This document shows positions 27,090-38,500 of a stretch of DNA of 64,000 bases, piece by piece. This DNA is from a virus, in the IMG/VR virus record IMGVR_UViG_3300036900_000025, positions 1 through 64,000 of that record. One strand, written 5' to 3'. Positions within the stretch are counted from its first letter, which is position 1; the number at the start of each line of letters is the position of its first letter. The notes under the pieces are model-generated. The model had not been told where the DNA came from. It ran no database searches and saw nothing but the letters and a program-made list of their open reading frames with translations. The position numbers and the translations under genes are program-made.

Positions 27090-27586
27090 GCATTACTGCT
27101 GCTACGCCGTACTTTCCCAACAACGTCATTGACCTTCTTGCTACGAGGATTCAGTACATCGACGCTGACCTCGCTGTGATGAAGAGGCCTGTTCGAGACA
27201 TCGACCCTGCACAGACGGTTGGCGTGACTGCGGCAACCTGGACTCCGAACGAGAATTCGTACGAGATGAAAGGTCAGGAGCAGGGACCAGCAGAGCCAAC
27301 CATTCAGAACTACCTCATTACTGTGCAGGCGTTCATTCGCTCAGCCAATGAGGAAAACGGACTTGCCGTTCACTCCGTGCTAACGAAGATGATTCGGTCA
27401 ATGCTGTACCGGGACGCGGCCCTCCGGGTAGGGTTGTCCTCGCTGGTCATCACTGACGAGTTCGGAGCGACAGAACGCACTCGACGCTGGGAAGTTCGGC
27501 TGAGCCGGTACTTCAGTAACGAGCTGAACGAAGAGTTCATCTACCTGTCCAACACCGAGTTCTGGCTAGAGACGGAGACAACCTAG
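27086..27586 (+). CDS. putative tail terminator
   Basis: Size and synteny before the tail tube. Confidence 0.6.
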   Translation: MSITAATPYFPNNVIDLLATRIQYIDADLAVMKRPVRDIDPAQTVGVTAATWTPNENSYEMKGQEQGPAEPTIQNYLITVQAFIRSANEENGLAVHSVLTKMIRSMLYRDAALRVGLSSLVITDEFGATERTRRWEVRLSRYFSNELNEEFIYLSNTEFWLETETT

Positions 27587-27960
27587 TGCCGACCACCGAC
27601 AACGAGCTGGACACGCTCAAGAAGAGCATCGAGAAGAAGCGGGAGAAGCTCGCGACGGCCGAGGCCCAGCGAACGGCCCGCGAGGCGGAGCAGAGCAACG
27701 ACATCGTCGCTGCCCAGCTTCGCGCCGAAGAGGCCCGGCTGGACGCAGCTCTTGCCGAGGCGGCTCGCACCGCCAAGGCCGCATCAGTCAAGGGTGGTGC
27801 CGAGGGTCCACTCGCCGCCGCCAAGGCCGACATGGAGCGGGCCCTGGCACAGGGCAAGGGCCAGGAGGACCTGGTCGCTGCTCAGGAGGCCGAGCGCGAG
27901 GCGCAGGCACAGGCCGAGGCCGAGGCCAAGCAGCCCACCGACACCACCACCAAGAGCTAA
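27586..27960 (+). CDS. coiled-coil hypothetical protein
   Basis: Ala/Glu/Lys-rich; strong codon bias. Confidence 0.75.
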   Translation: MPTTDNELDTLKKSIEKKREKLATAEAQRTAREAEQSNDIVAAQLRAEEARLDAALAEAARTAKAASVKGGAEGPLAAAKADMERALAQGKGQEDLVAAQEAEREAQAQAEAEAKQPTDTTTKS

Positions 27961-27971
27961 GGAGCTGACTG

Positions 27972-28982
27972 ATGGGCTACTCGTCCCAGGCTGGTCAGGT
28001 CGTCCTGCGCACGCAGACCGTGCAGGGCACCTACAACGCCGACACTGGCACAACCGGTGTAGCGATGAAGCTTCGGGGCGGGTCGCTCGGCCCCTCCCGT
28101 GAGCTGATGATCCCCGACCCGGAGATCGGTGGTGGGCGAGACGTTGTCGATGCCTACCTCGGTGCCGTGTCCTGGAGCGGCGACTACGAGTTCTACACTC
28201 GTCTCGAGGCGCTCCCCACCCTCCTCAAGGCTTGCCTGGGGACGGCTGCATCGGTGACCACTACTGGTGTGACGACTCACACCATCACCCCGGTGGACAC
28301 CGCTCAGCTTCCCTACCTGTCGATCGAAGAGAAGATCGGCGCAGGGCTGGAGACGTACAACTACACCGATGGTGTGGTCAACAGCTTCCACCTGGAAGCG
28401 GAGGCCAACGGGTACCTGATGGGTACCGCAGGCATCATCGCTGCGAAGCAGATCGCTGGCGCGACCCCGACGGCAGCGCCCGTCTGGGACAACTCGCCGA
28501 TGATCGTGGGTACCAACATCACGGTCACCTACAACGCGGTCAGCTTGCCGGCCAAGTCGTTCAGCCTCGACGTTGCCAACAACTTCGAGGATGACGACTA
28601 CCGACTCGGATCGTTCTACATCGGCGACCTGACGCCCAAGCGGCGTGAGATCACGGCGACGTTCGGCATCCGCGAGTCCTCCTCGGCGCTCTGGCGCCAG
28701 GCGGTCTACGGTGTCTCGTCGGCCACTGCTCCTGGTGGTGTCACCACCAAGAGCGCCCTGGTCATCACCATGACGACCTACGAGGACATCGTGTCTGGCA
28801 TTCCGCCGACCAAGGGATCTGTCACCATCACCATCCCGCAGTTCGCACTCACGCCGTACGCCCTCGCGGCCAGCGGTGACGACATCATCGAGTCGGACAT
28901 CGACGGGCAGGCCCTCCGTCCTGTCGCGGCGACGCCGATCTGCACGGTTGTCGTCAAGAGCGCCAAGGCGACCATCGCCTAG
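27972..28982 (+). CDS. major tail (tube) protein
   Basis: Thr-rich beta protein before the chaperone and tape measure; followed by a hairpin. Confidence 0.88.
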   Translation: MGYSSQAGQVVLRTQTVQGTYNADTGTTGVAMKLRGGSLGPSRELMIPDPEIGGGRDVVDAYLGAVSWSGDYEFYTRLEALPTLLKACLGTAASVTTTGVTTHTITPVDTAQLPYLSIEEKIGAGLETYNYTDGVVNSFHLEAEANGYLMGTAGIIAAKQIAGATPTAAPVWDNSPMIVGTNITVTYNAVSLPAKSFSLDVANNFEDDDYRLGSFYIGDLTPKRREITATFGIRESSSALWRQAVYGVSSATAPGGVTTKSALVITMTTYEDIVSGIPPTKGSVTITIPQFALTPYALAASGDDIIESDIDGQALRPVAATPICTVVVKSAKATIA

Positions 28983-28999
28983 TTTCACCCGCAGTACCC

Positions 29000-29042
29000 C
29001 GGCGTGGCTCCAGCTGTTCTTAACGCAGCTGGAGCCGCGCCG
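29000..29042 (+). terminator. hairpin after the tail tube gene
   Basis: GGCTCCAGCTG...CAGCTGGAGCC inverted repeat. Confidence 0.7.
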
Positions 29043-29085
29043 TACAACCTCAAGTTCACCATCGACCACGAGAGGGTCACAGAAC

Positions 29086-29640
29086 ATGACCGAGCCACAG
29101 ACCATTCCCGATCCCCAGGTTGACCTCACCGAAGAGGTCTTCGAGGACTACTTCGGGTTCGAGGACATCAAGACCTTCGTGCTCCCCAAGAGCAACCCGA
29201 AGGCGAAGGATCAGTTCATCTACTTCCGAGTGATGAACGAGGGTGACCGCTCGAAGTTCCAGTCGAAGGTCAACCGCGACATCACCGTCGTTCGCCAGAC
29301 TGGCGACGCGAAGATCGGCGCGGACCCGGCTGCAGAGCGGCTGGCTCTCCTGGAGGCCAGCGTCACCGGCTGGACGCTCAAGCGCAGGACCCGTGACGGC
29401 AGCGGCTGGGAGGACGCGCCCTTCTCGATCGGTTCCAAGGGGGACCTGTTCGAGCAGTGGCTCCAGAAGGCTGACCCCAAGCTGGTCGATGCTCTGGAGA
29501 TGGAGATTCGCAAGGCGAATCCCTGGATGCAGGCCGACATGACGGTCGAGGACATCAACAAGGAGATCGACCGTCTCGTCGAGCTTCGCGAGGGCATCGA
29601 GAAGCGCGACGCGGGGGAAGACAGCTCCTCCGGCAAGTAG
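29086..29640 (+). CDS. tail assembly chaperone (gpG-like)
   Basis: Synteny; slippery GGGGGAA at 29613-29619. Confidence 0.85.
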   Translation: MTEPQTIPDPQVDLTEEVFEDYFGFEDIKTFVLPKSNPKAKDQFIYFRVMNEGDRSKFQSKVNRDITVVRQTGDAKIGADPAAERLALLEASVTGWTLKRRTRDGSGWEDAPFSIGSKGDLFEQWLQKADPKLVDALEMEIRKANPWMQADMTVEDINKEIDRLVELREGIEKRDAGEDSSSGK

Positions 29641-29897
29641 ACGCCTACGTCAAGGGTGACTCTGTCGAGAACGCTCGCACGATCTTCCGCATCTTCACGT
29701 TCTGCGAGAACACTCGATGGTCATGCTTGCCGGTTGCCGGAGGGTACTACGACCAGCACCCTGAGTTCATTCGTCAATGCAACCTGATCTTCGAGGCGCG
29801 TGGCAAGAAGCAGCGCGAAGAGGAGAAGCGTCGCCAACACGAGATGGGCAGAAGCGCTAAGCCGGGGTCACGAGTCGCTGGTCGCAGGGGTCGCTAA
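29613..29897 (+). CDS. tail assembly chaperone -1 frameshift extension (gpGT-like)
   Basis: -1 frame open from the slippery site to TAA at 29895-29897; contains LPVAGGYYDQHP. Confidence 0.85.
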   Translation, partial: GGRQLLRQVDAYVKGDSVENARTIFRIFTFCENTRWSCLPVAGGYYDQHPEFIRQCNLIFEARGKKQREEEKRRQHEMGRSAKPGSRVAGRRGR

Positions 29898-30020
29898 CTA
29901 CGGTGTCGGGGTCCATGCTTGCGGGCGTGGACCCCGATGCTGTATGGTCTGTACTCGTCGGGCACTAGAGGCCCATCATGGACTCTAAAGTCTGACTAGG
30001 GGCGCGAACTGAACGCCTAC

Positions 30021-33000
30021 ATGAACATTCAGGTCCGGGTGCTGAGCGCCCAGGCCCAGACCCAGATCAAGGCTCTCGAAGCCGAGCTGGCGCGTCTTCG
30101 CACGGAACTTGCAGCCACCAACACTGCCTCCAATGCTGCCAACGCTGCTACCGCTAGAAGCGTTGGTGGACTCAAGAAGTGGGGCAGTCAGCTCCAGTGG
30201 GCAGGTCGGCAGCTTCAGTACAACTTCACGATACCTATTCTCCTGGCAGCAGGAGCAGCAACAAAGTTCTACATGGACAACCAGAAGGCCCTGGTTGGAC
30301 TGAAGAAGGTCTATGGCGACCTGGGCATGTCGCAGAGGACCATCAACAACGAGGTCAAGGCACTCTCGAAGGCCTTCGAGGCTCTTTCTGCGCAGTACGG
30401 TGTCCAGCAGAAGCAGGTCATCGAGATCGGCGCAGCGTGGGCACAGGCCGGCGTTAGCGGTGTAGCCCTCGCTAAGAGTACAGAGCTCACGCTCAAGACG
30501 ATGGTACTCGGCGAGATGGACTCGACGAAGGCCACTCAGGCTCTCATCGCTATCCAGGCGCAGTACCGTCTCAGCACGTCAGAACTCACCGATGTCATCG
30601 GTCAGCTGAACATCATCGAGAACCAGACCGGTGTGTCACTGGCCGACCTGGTGGACGGCTTCTCCCGGACAGCCGGCGTTGCGCGTGCCGCTGGAGTCAC
30701 GGTCAAGGAACTCGGCGCGATGATGGCTGCTTTGGTACCAGCTGCTGGTACTGCTGCCCAAGCCGGTAACGCGCTCAAGACGATCTTCTCTCGCCTGCTC
30801 TCGCCGACCGCTGAAGCCGCAGATGTCCTGAAGGAAATGGGCATCAACCTCACGGACACCAGCTGGAAGAGCGCTACGGCAACGCAGCGCCTCGAGATCA
30901 TGGCAAAGCAGTTCAGCAAGCTGGAAGGCCCCCAGCGTGCCGTAGTCTCCGCCCTTGTCGCATCTCGCTTCCAGCTCAACAAGTTCGAGATCCTCATGGA
31001 CTCGATGAACTCGAAGTTCGAGACGTACTACGACAAGGCCAACAAGGCCGTCGAGCAGACCGACTACATGCGGGTAGCACAGAAGGAGCTTAACCAGGTC
31101 CTTCAGAGCGACCCGAAGCGACTTGAGCGTACCTGGGTCATGTTGCAGAACGCTATGGCTGACATCATCATCCCGATGATTCCAGCTATCTTGGGTCTGG
31201 CTAACATGATCCAGCGACTGGCACAGGCCTTCTCGGACCTCGATCCGACGATCCAGATGTTCATTATGAGTGCGCTTCTTGCACTCGCAGCTGTTGGTCC
31301 GCTAGCAAGGATGATCGGCGCAACGTCTCTGCTCTTCGGTGAGATGAGTAGCGCGATCAAGTGGGTCGGAGCGAACCTCAAGCTGCTGGTCGGCTGGATC
31401 GCAGAGACAGGGCTGGCGATCGGTCGCTTCCTCATCGGTCCGTGGGGACTGGCGATTGCTGCGGCCGTTGCGCTGATCGTTGTGTTCCGCAGGCAGATCG
31501 AGCAGGCATTCACCAATCTTGTCAACTGGTTCCAGCACTCGGGTTCGGCCTGGGTGGCGGTGTTCAAGCCGGTTGTGGACTTCTTCGGTGCAGCCGTCGA
31601 TTACATCGAGAAGGCCTTCAACTCGCTCCCCAACGCAGTTCAGAACGCCCTCATGGCGGTTGTTACCATCGTTGCTACAGCAGCGAAGCAGGTCTACGAG
31701 TGGCTGTCCTACCTCAACCCATTCGCTCGGCATTCGCCTTCCGTGGTAGACAACGTACGCGCTGGCATGGCGGTCATTCGTAACGAGTTCTCTAGCATCG
31801 CGTCCATCCACGGGCCGATCGACAAGGCCTACAAGGACATCAAGAGGTTCAGCCAGGCGACCGCTGCCTTCCGTGGCGGAATGGACACTGCACAGCGGGC
31901 ACAGGATCGCAAGACTGTAGCCAAGGTTGACCCTGGTGCGCTCCATGCGTTCGATGCGCTCGTCGCTGACCTCAAGCAGCTGACTGCCATGATGAATACC
32001 TACGAGGCTGCTGTTAAGCGTCAGGAGACAGTGGTTCAGGGGTGGAAGGACAAGCTCGACGCTGCCAACGCCGAACTGGACAAGCAGCAGAAGAAGCTTG
32101 ACGATCTCCAGGCGAAGCTTGACAAGTGGCAGAAGAAGCTTGATGATTCGCAGACGGCGCTAGCGAACTGGTCGCAGACTCCCATCACCGGCATGAAGGC
32201 TATGTCGGATGCGATCTTCTCGAACGAGCAGGCACAGAAGAAGCTTCGCCTCGAGATGATGAACATGGAGGACGCTGTAGGTCCGATTGACGACTTGCGG
32301 GCCCGTTACGCGGCACTCCAGGGCGACATCGAGAACCTCAAGGGCGAGCAGGCAAACCTGCGTTCGGCTGGTGCAGGTAGCGATATCCTCGCCACCTACG
32401 ACCAGCAGATCGCTGGTCTGCAGGCGCAGCAACAGGCAACCCAGGACGCCACGAAGCCGATCGACGACCTCCAGAAGCAGCTGGATGCACTGCAGCGCGA
32501 GGGCGAGCGGCTCGACCTCACGAATAGCCTGCAGTTCGATCCACTGACGCGCCAGATCGAGGCAGCCTCCAACGCGATGCAGGAGATGCCTTTCGATGTC
32601 ATCATGGCCGGGATCCAGCAGGCTCAGACCGACATCGGCAAGTACCAGGACAAGGTTGACGCGGCAACGAAGGCGGTCAACGACCAGACTGTCGCTGTCA
32701 ACAACGCTCAGGCGGCGCGTGACAAGGTATCTGCTAACCTTGACCGCGAGCAGAAGCAACTTGACGGCCTCCAGCAGAAGTACCAAGATGTCAAGAGCGC
32801 GGTCGATGACGTAACAACTGCGCTCAACGACATGGTCAGTGCTAGCAACGACAGTATTCGTGCAGCGAAGGCCAAGGCTTCCGCAAAGGGTAGCGTTAGC
32901 CCAGGTCTGCAGAACTTCCGTGACGCTGCCGGTGGCAAGTTCGCTGATGTCGGTGGTTCCGGTGGCTTGGGTCGCGAGGGTTCACAGGCTGACCAGTCGA

Positions 33001-35501
33001 AACTGATTGATCAGTTCACAGAGGACCTTCGCAAGCGCACTGGTCAGATGTTCGGCAACGTGGACTTCACTGGACCGTTCCGGCGTGCCTGGAAGAACGT
33101 CACTGACTGGTGGACCGCAAACATCACGCCTGCTCTCAGTGCGCTAGGTGGCGAGGTCGAGCAGGCTTGGGGCAAGATCAGCTTCGATGGTCCGTTGGCT
33201 AAGATCACAGCCTTCGGTCATGCCTTCTGGGACCTGTTCGGTGGCGACATTATGAAGGTCGTCAACGTTCTCAGTGACAACCTGCACAAGGCTATCGTCA
33301 CCATCGGGCCAGAGCTTGAAGCGTTCAAGGGCCTCATCAAGCCGCTTGGTGATCTCTTTGTCATGCTGTGGAACGGGATCAAGCCGGTAGCCGAGATCCT
33401 TGGGCTGGCGCTCCTGGCAAACCTCAAGCTCGTTGCCGACGTGTTCGCCAACACGCTGGGTCCGGTTCTTGACACCGCGATTGACCTGATCGCAGATGTG
33501 CTCAAGGCCTTCCGTGGAGTGATCGAGTTCGTCGTCGGTGTGATGACAGGAGACTGGGCACTTGCTTGGAAGGGCATCCAGGATACCTTCATGGGTACCT
33601 GGGAAGGTATCTACCACATCCTCGAAGGTGCCGTTTCGATCGTCGTAGGCTTCATCAAGGGCATCGTGGAGGGTGTGGTCGGCTGGTTCAAGTGGCTCTA
33701 CGACACCCTGATCGGCCACTCGATCATTCCAGATATCATCAACGGAATCTTCGACTGGTTCCACAAGCTTGCTGATCTTCCCGGCTGGATCTACGACCAC
33801 ACCTTGAAGCCGATCTTCGAAGGCATGAGGGACTGGTGGACAAACACCCTCAAGCCTAAGGTCGATGACATCAGCAGTGGCATCATCGGCTTCTTCCACA
33901 AGCTCGGCGATCTGCCGCAGTGGCTCTGGGACAACACCTGGAATGCCCTGTGGACCAAGTTGTCGAACTTCTGGGACAACACGCTTCTGCCTGGCGTTCA
34001 GGGCATCAAGCAGGGTATCGTTGATCAGTTCCACGCGCTGGGCAACCTGCCGGAGTGGCTGTACAACAACTCCTTCCTGCCGATCTGGACCAAGCTGAAG
34101 GATGTGTGGGACAACTACCTCGTCCCGCTGGGGAACAGGATCCTTCGTGGATTCGGAAACATCTTCAACGGCGTAGGCGAGGCTGTTGCAGCAGGCGTCA
34201 ATATCGCAATCGGAGCGATCAACAAGCTGATCGACGGCCTTGACTGGATCGGATCCCACGTTCCTGGCCTCAGCTTCAAGGTGTCCAACATCGGCACCTA
34301 CAGCTTCGAGAAGTGGAGCCCGCCGCAGTACGCGAAGGGTGGCATCCTCCCCACTGCTGTCGGTGGCGGCTTTATGACCAATGGTGCTCGGGCCATTGTG
34401 GGCGAAGGTGGACCTCACCCAGAGTTCGTCATCCCGACCGATCCACGGCACCGCAAGAACGCGACCGACCTCCTCGGCAAGGCTGCCGAGAAGCTTGGCG
34501 TGGGAGGGATCGGGGACGTGTGGGATAGCATGAAGACTGCAGGGAGCAAGGCTACTTCGTTCCTTCGCGAGAATGCAGTCAATGCGATCTTCGCTCCGAT
34601 CAACGCGGCGGTCAACGCACTGTTGACTCAGGTACCAAGCGAGCTTGGTCTTCGTGCCTTCGCCAAGTACGGTGTCCAGCAGATCCAGGACTTCGCATCC
34701 GGTGTGAACGACCACCTCGTTACCAGTGGACCGTGGGGCAAGCCGGTTGCGCTGGCGCTGGGACTTCCGTTCGGTAACACGTACTCGGACGGCAGCTTCC
34801 ACTCTGGCCAGGACTTCCCCGGTCCCATCGGTACGGCGATCAAGGCCGCGAGCGCTGGTATAGTCAAGGCTTCCTACGACATTCACGGAACCAGTCCGTA
34901 CAACAACTTCCCGTACGCTTCCTACGGTCGTCTCGTCCAGATCAACCACGGTGACGGAATCGAGACGCTCTACGCTCACCTCAGCGAGCGGCTCGTGGAG
35001 GCTGGCGACAAGATCAAGACTGGTGACCTCATCGGTCGTCTTGGTGAGATGGGTAACGCGACCGGGCCTCACCTGCACTTTGAGGTTCGTCGCAACGGTG
35101 ACCCGATCAACCCGATCCCGTTCCTGGCTGACAAGGGAGTTCGGTACGACGGAGGCGGCTGGCTACCCCACGGTGGCGTAGGAGTCAACACTTCTGGGAT
35201 GCCAGAGCCCGTATTCTCTAACCAGCAGTGGAGCACGATCGACCGCGCAACCCGTGTCTCTATGGCTATGGCGACCACGCTGCCGAACACCATAAAGGAC
35301 GCTGTGAACGTAGCGGTAGACCGGGCCGTGACGGCAGCGGTGCAGCGTGCTACGGTCGTGTCGGGCGCGAACGGGACCACGGCGAGCACTCAGGCCGGTG
35401 GAGTCACCATCAACATCTACGGAAACCTGGAGATGCCGAACATCACCGACGGAACTGACGCAGAGCAGTTCCTGAAGAACCTCGAGAGTCTGGCGGGCTA
35501 A
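30021..35501 (+). CDS. tape measure protein with a C-terminal M23 peptidase domain
   Basis: 1826 aa; TP901-like core (AGNALKTIFSRL), coiled coil, Trp-periodic repeats, HSGQDF...YAHL...TGPHLHFEVR. Confidence 0.95.
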   Translation: MNIQVRVLSAQAQTQIKALEAELARLRTELAATNTASNAANAATARSVGGLKKWGSQLQWAGRQLQYNFTIPILLAAGAATKFYMDNQKALVGLKKVYGDLGMSQRTINNEVKALSKAFEALSAQYGVQQKQVIEIGAAWAQAGVSGVALAKSTELTLKTMVLGEMDSTKATQALIAIQAQYRLSTSELTDVIGQLNIIENQTGVSLADLVDGFSRTAGVARAAGVTVKELGAMMAALVPAAGTAAQAGNALKTIFSRLLSPTAEAADVLKEMGINLTDTSWKSATATQRLEIMAKQFSKLEGPQRAVVSALVASRFQLNKFEILMDSMNSKFETYYDKANKAVEQTDYMRVAQKELNQVLQSDPKRLERTWVMLQNAMADIIIPMIPAILGLANMIQRLAQAFSDLDPTIQMFIMSALLALAAVGPLARMIGATSLLFGEMSSAIKWVGANLKLLVGWIAETGLAIGRFLIGPWGLAIAAAVALIVVFRRQIEQAFTNLVNWFQHSGSAWVAVFKPVVDFFGAAVDYIEKAFNSLPNAVQNALMAVVTIVATAAKQVYEWLSYLNPFARHSPSVVDNVRAGMAVIRNEFSSIASIHGPIDKAYKDIKRFSQATAAFRGGMDTAQRAQDRKTVAKVDPGALHAFDALVADLKQLTAMMNTYEAAVKRQETVVQGWKDKLDAANAELDKQQKKLDDLQAKLDKWQKKLDDSQTALANWSQTPITGMKAMSDAIFSNEQAQKKLRLEMMNMEDAVGPIDDLRARYAALQGDIENLKGEQANLRSAGAGSDILATYDQQIAGLQAQQQATQDATKPIDDLQKQLDALQREGERLDLTNSLQFDPLTRQIEAASNAMQEMPFDVIMAGIQQAQTDIGKYQDKVDAATKAVNDQTVAVNNAQAARDKVSANLDREQKQLDGLQQKYQDVKSAVDDVTTALNDMVSASNDSIRAAKAKASAKGSVSPGLQNFRDAAGGKFADVGGSGGLGREGSQADQSKLIDQFTEDLRKRTGQMFGNVDFTGPFRRAWKNVTDWWTANITPALSALGGEVEQAWGKISFDGPLAKITAFGHAFWDLFGGDIMKVVNVLSDNLHKAIVTIGPELEAFKGLIKPLGDLFVMLWNGIKPVAEILGLALLANLKLVADVFANTLGPVLDTAIDLIADVLKAFRGVIEFVVGVMTGDWALAWKGIQDTFMGTWEGIYHILEGAVSIVVGFIKGIVEGVVGWFKWLYDTLIGHSIIPDIINGIFDWFHKLADLPGWIYDHTLKPIFEGMRDWWTNTLKPKVDDISSGIIGFFHKLGDLPQWLWDNTWNALWTKLSNFWDNTLLPGVQGIKQGIVDQFHALGNLPEWLYNNSFLPIWTKLKDVWDNYLVPLGNRILRGFGNIFNGVGEAVAAGVNIAIGAINKLIDGLDWIGSHVPGLSFKVSNIGTYSFEKWSPPQYAKGGILPTAVGGGFMTNGARAIVGEGGPHPEFVIPTDPRHRKNATDLLGKAAEKLGVGGIGDVWDSMKTAGSKATSFLRENAVNAIFAPINAAVNALLTQVPSELGLRAFAKYGVQQIQDFASGVNDHLVTSGPWGKPVALALGLPFGNTYSDGSFHSGQDFPGPIGTAIKAASAGIVKASYDIHGTSPYNNFPYASYGRLVQINHGDGIETLYAHLSERLVEAGDKIKTGDLIGRLGEMGNATGPHLHFEVRRNGDPINPIPFLADKGVRYDGGGWLPHGGVGVNTSGMPEPVFSNQQWSTIDRATRVSMAMATTLPNTIKDAVNVAVDRAVTAAVQRATVVSGANGTTASTQAGGVTINIYGNLEMPNITDGTDAEQFLKNLESLAG

Positions 35502-38500
35502 TGGGACAGGTCAACATTGTTCCAGACGGTGGGTCTGTCTACCAGATCAACGACTTCAACCAGGGCACCTACTATGGTCAGAGTTCGTTCCCGGTTGCGG
35601 CTGGTCAGTTCTCGCAGATCAACTGGGGTTACCCAGGTGTCGGCTACTACATGTTCGACGAGGCGCATGGATACCCTGCGTCGTCTCGGCACATCATCCA
35701 GGTTCGTAGCGCGGCTACGATGTACCAAAGTCACAACGAATGCATCTCAACCTTCGCTGTGGCAGGTCTTGGTTCTGATGCTCAGCTGACCGGTACTACT
35801 GCGTACACCACTGTCTACGGTGCGTGGGTTGCCCCGCCTGCTGCTGGTTCTCACTTCGACATCGCTTGGTACCAGGACAACCGGCCTTCGGGCCTGGCTT
35901 CGAGCTTCCGACTCATTGATGTATGGGTCGAGGTCATCTATGCCGACTACCCGAGCAATCCCGTAGCAGCCAGTGACAAGAGCGTAGCGACAACAACCTT
36001 CACTGCCCAAGTCACACTTCCTGCAATCGGTACTGGCCAGTCGCAGAGTGCTCAGTTCCAGATCGCTACTGATCCTGGATTCGGTAACGTCATCTGGAGC
36101 GGTGGTACTGGTCAGGTTGGATCAGGCCTCGTTACGGTAACGAGCCCTGTTGTCGGTCCTGGTACTTACTACGCTCGTGCGTACGCGCTTGACCAGTATG
36201 GATACGGCAGCGGTTGGTCCGGTACACAGACCATCACAGTCAGCTACCCTGCGCCTCCGACTCCGACTGTTGTTACGCCAGCGTCCGGTGCAACGGTCAC
36301 CATCCCGAACCCGGTTCTCGGTGCGACGCTTGGCGCAGCCACTAACGGTCAGACGCAGCGTGCGGAATGGCAGATCGCTCCAGACAACACCTTCACTTCC
36401 GGCGTGCGCGTCATCACAGAGGCGACCTCTGACCTTCGTGTATCTGGCGCTACCACTGAATCTCCGACGCTTGCGAACCTGAACCTTGCTAACGGTACTT
36501 GGTGGGTCAGGGCTCGATCCATTGATGTCTATGGTCAGGCATCTGGCTACAGCGCCGGCACAAGCTTCACCGTCAGTGTAGCACCGCCTCCTGTTCCAAC
36601 AGTGCTGACGCCAGCGTCGGGTGCGACGGTCACAACGACGAACCCGACGCTGGGCGCAACACTTGGTGCAGCCTCGAACGGACGCCTCTCTAAGGCTGAG
36701 TGGAGGCTCTCCAAGGACAACACGTTCGCAGTCGGTGTCTACACAGTTACCGAAGCTGATGGTGACAGGCGAACCTCCGGTGCCACGACAGAACTGGTAC
36801 CTACCTCTGTCGTAAGGCTTACGAACGGCACCTGGTACATGCAGGCCCGTTCCATCGCAGACGACGGGTCTGCATCGGCCTTCTCGGCAACGCAGTCCTT
36901 CACGGTCGCACTTGCCGCGCCGCCAACTCCGACAGCACTCACGCCGGCAGCTGGCTCCACAGTCACCACCAACACGCCAACCGTGGGTGGGACAGTCGGA
37001 GCCGCTACTGATAACCGGAAGTCGAAGCTTGAGTTCCAGTTCGCTACTGACTCGGGCTTCACTACCAACATCAAGACCGTTCTGGAGCCTGACACAGCAC
37101 TTCGCTTGTCTGGCGCATCCACCATCGCAGTGCCGATCGCACAGAAGCTCTCGCAGACAACTTGGTACATGCGAGCGCGAGCGATTGACGAGTTCGGTTC
37201 GTACGGTGCGTACACTGCCAGCCAGACGATCATTCCGAACCACCCGCCGAACAGTACTGGTCAAGCGCCGACAGCCAACATCACGCTGCTCTACGCAGGC
37301 ACTACACCGTTCTCGTGGGTCTTCACTGACCCATTCGCTGGCGACTCTCAGCGTGCATACCAGATCGTCATTGAGCGTAACGATACTGGTGCGACCGTGC
37401 TTGACACAGGCAAGATCGTATCTACGTCACAGGCAGTCACGGCAGCTATCCCTGTTGGATCCAAGGACGTTCAGCTCCGCTGGAAGCTTCAGGTCTGGGA
37501 CCAGGATGACGTTGGTTCTGGTTTCAGCAACTACTATCTGTTCTACGTCAGTGATGCTCCAGTAGTCACGATCACTTCGCCTACGCTCAACCAGGTCGTG
37601 GGTAGTGGTAAGCCGACCATCACCTGGACAAACGACGCTCAGACCGTTCAGCAGTCCTACAGGGTCGTGTTCACGAGGGTTAGTGACGGCGCTGTAATCC
37701 ACGATTCTGGAGTCGTGCTTAGCAACGCACTGTCGTACACTCCTCCGCAGACCATCCTGACGAACCTTGTCAACTACAGTGTCGCAGTTACCATTGTTGA
37801 CACTGTCGGTCTGTCTACGACGGTCAACCGGCCATTCAGTACGTCCTACACTGCGCCGCCTACTGTCACCTACACTGCTGACGGCAGTACATACGACATC
37901 GGTGGCTACGTCGGCATTGACTGGTCTCAACAGACCCCCGACCCGACGTGGCTTTCGTGGAGGCTCTACCGGCGTGCGCTCGGTGATTCGCAGTGGACCT
38001 TCCTCAAGGCATGGACTGACGTCAACGTCCGTACTTACAAAGACTGGACCGCACTCTCCGGTACGACTTACGAGTACGCAGTTACGCAGACTGCTGACAG
38101 GTCTGGCGTTACCTTCGAGTCGATTCCTCCGGTCAACCTGACCGACGTACCGACTATCTCTTCGTACTACTGGCTACTCAATCCGACCGACAGCACGAAG
38201 AACTTCCTGATCTCCAACGTGTCATCTGACTCCTACACCGACAGCGTGGAGCAGGAGACATACACTGTCATCGGTCGCGGCCAGCGGACCGACTACGGTA
38301 CAGACCTTGGTATCACAGGCACTATCACTGCCCTGCTGCGTGATCGGACCTGGGCGACCGCACGTCAGCAGAAGCAGTTCCTCGAGAACATCAAGCGTGA
38401 TCGGGTGGCTTACCTTCTCCGCACCCCGTTCGGTGATCTCTACCAGGTCAGCATGAACGACGTGACCGTGAGTCGCGTAGCCGGTGTGGGTCGCTCGGAG

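Noticed and set aside
33144-35078. Long antisense ORFs (this 644-aa one, also 23709-25340, 27957-29129, 36122-37264)
   Set aside because: Shadows of high-GC3 sense genes; no SD or recognisable motifs
36240-37240. Diversity-generating retroelement template and variable repeats in the tail genes
   Set aside because: The repeats are diverged whole-domain duplications with no adenine-specific pattern, and there is no reverse transcriptase in the window
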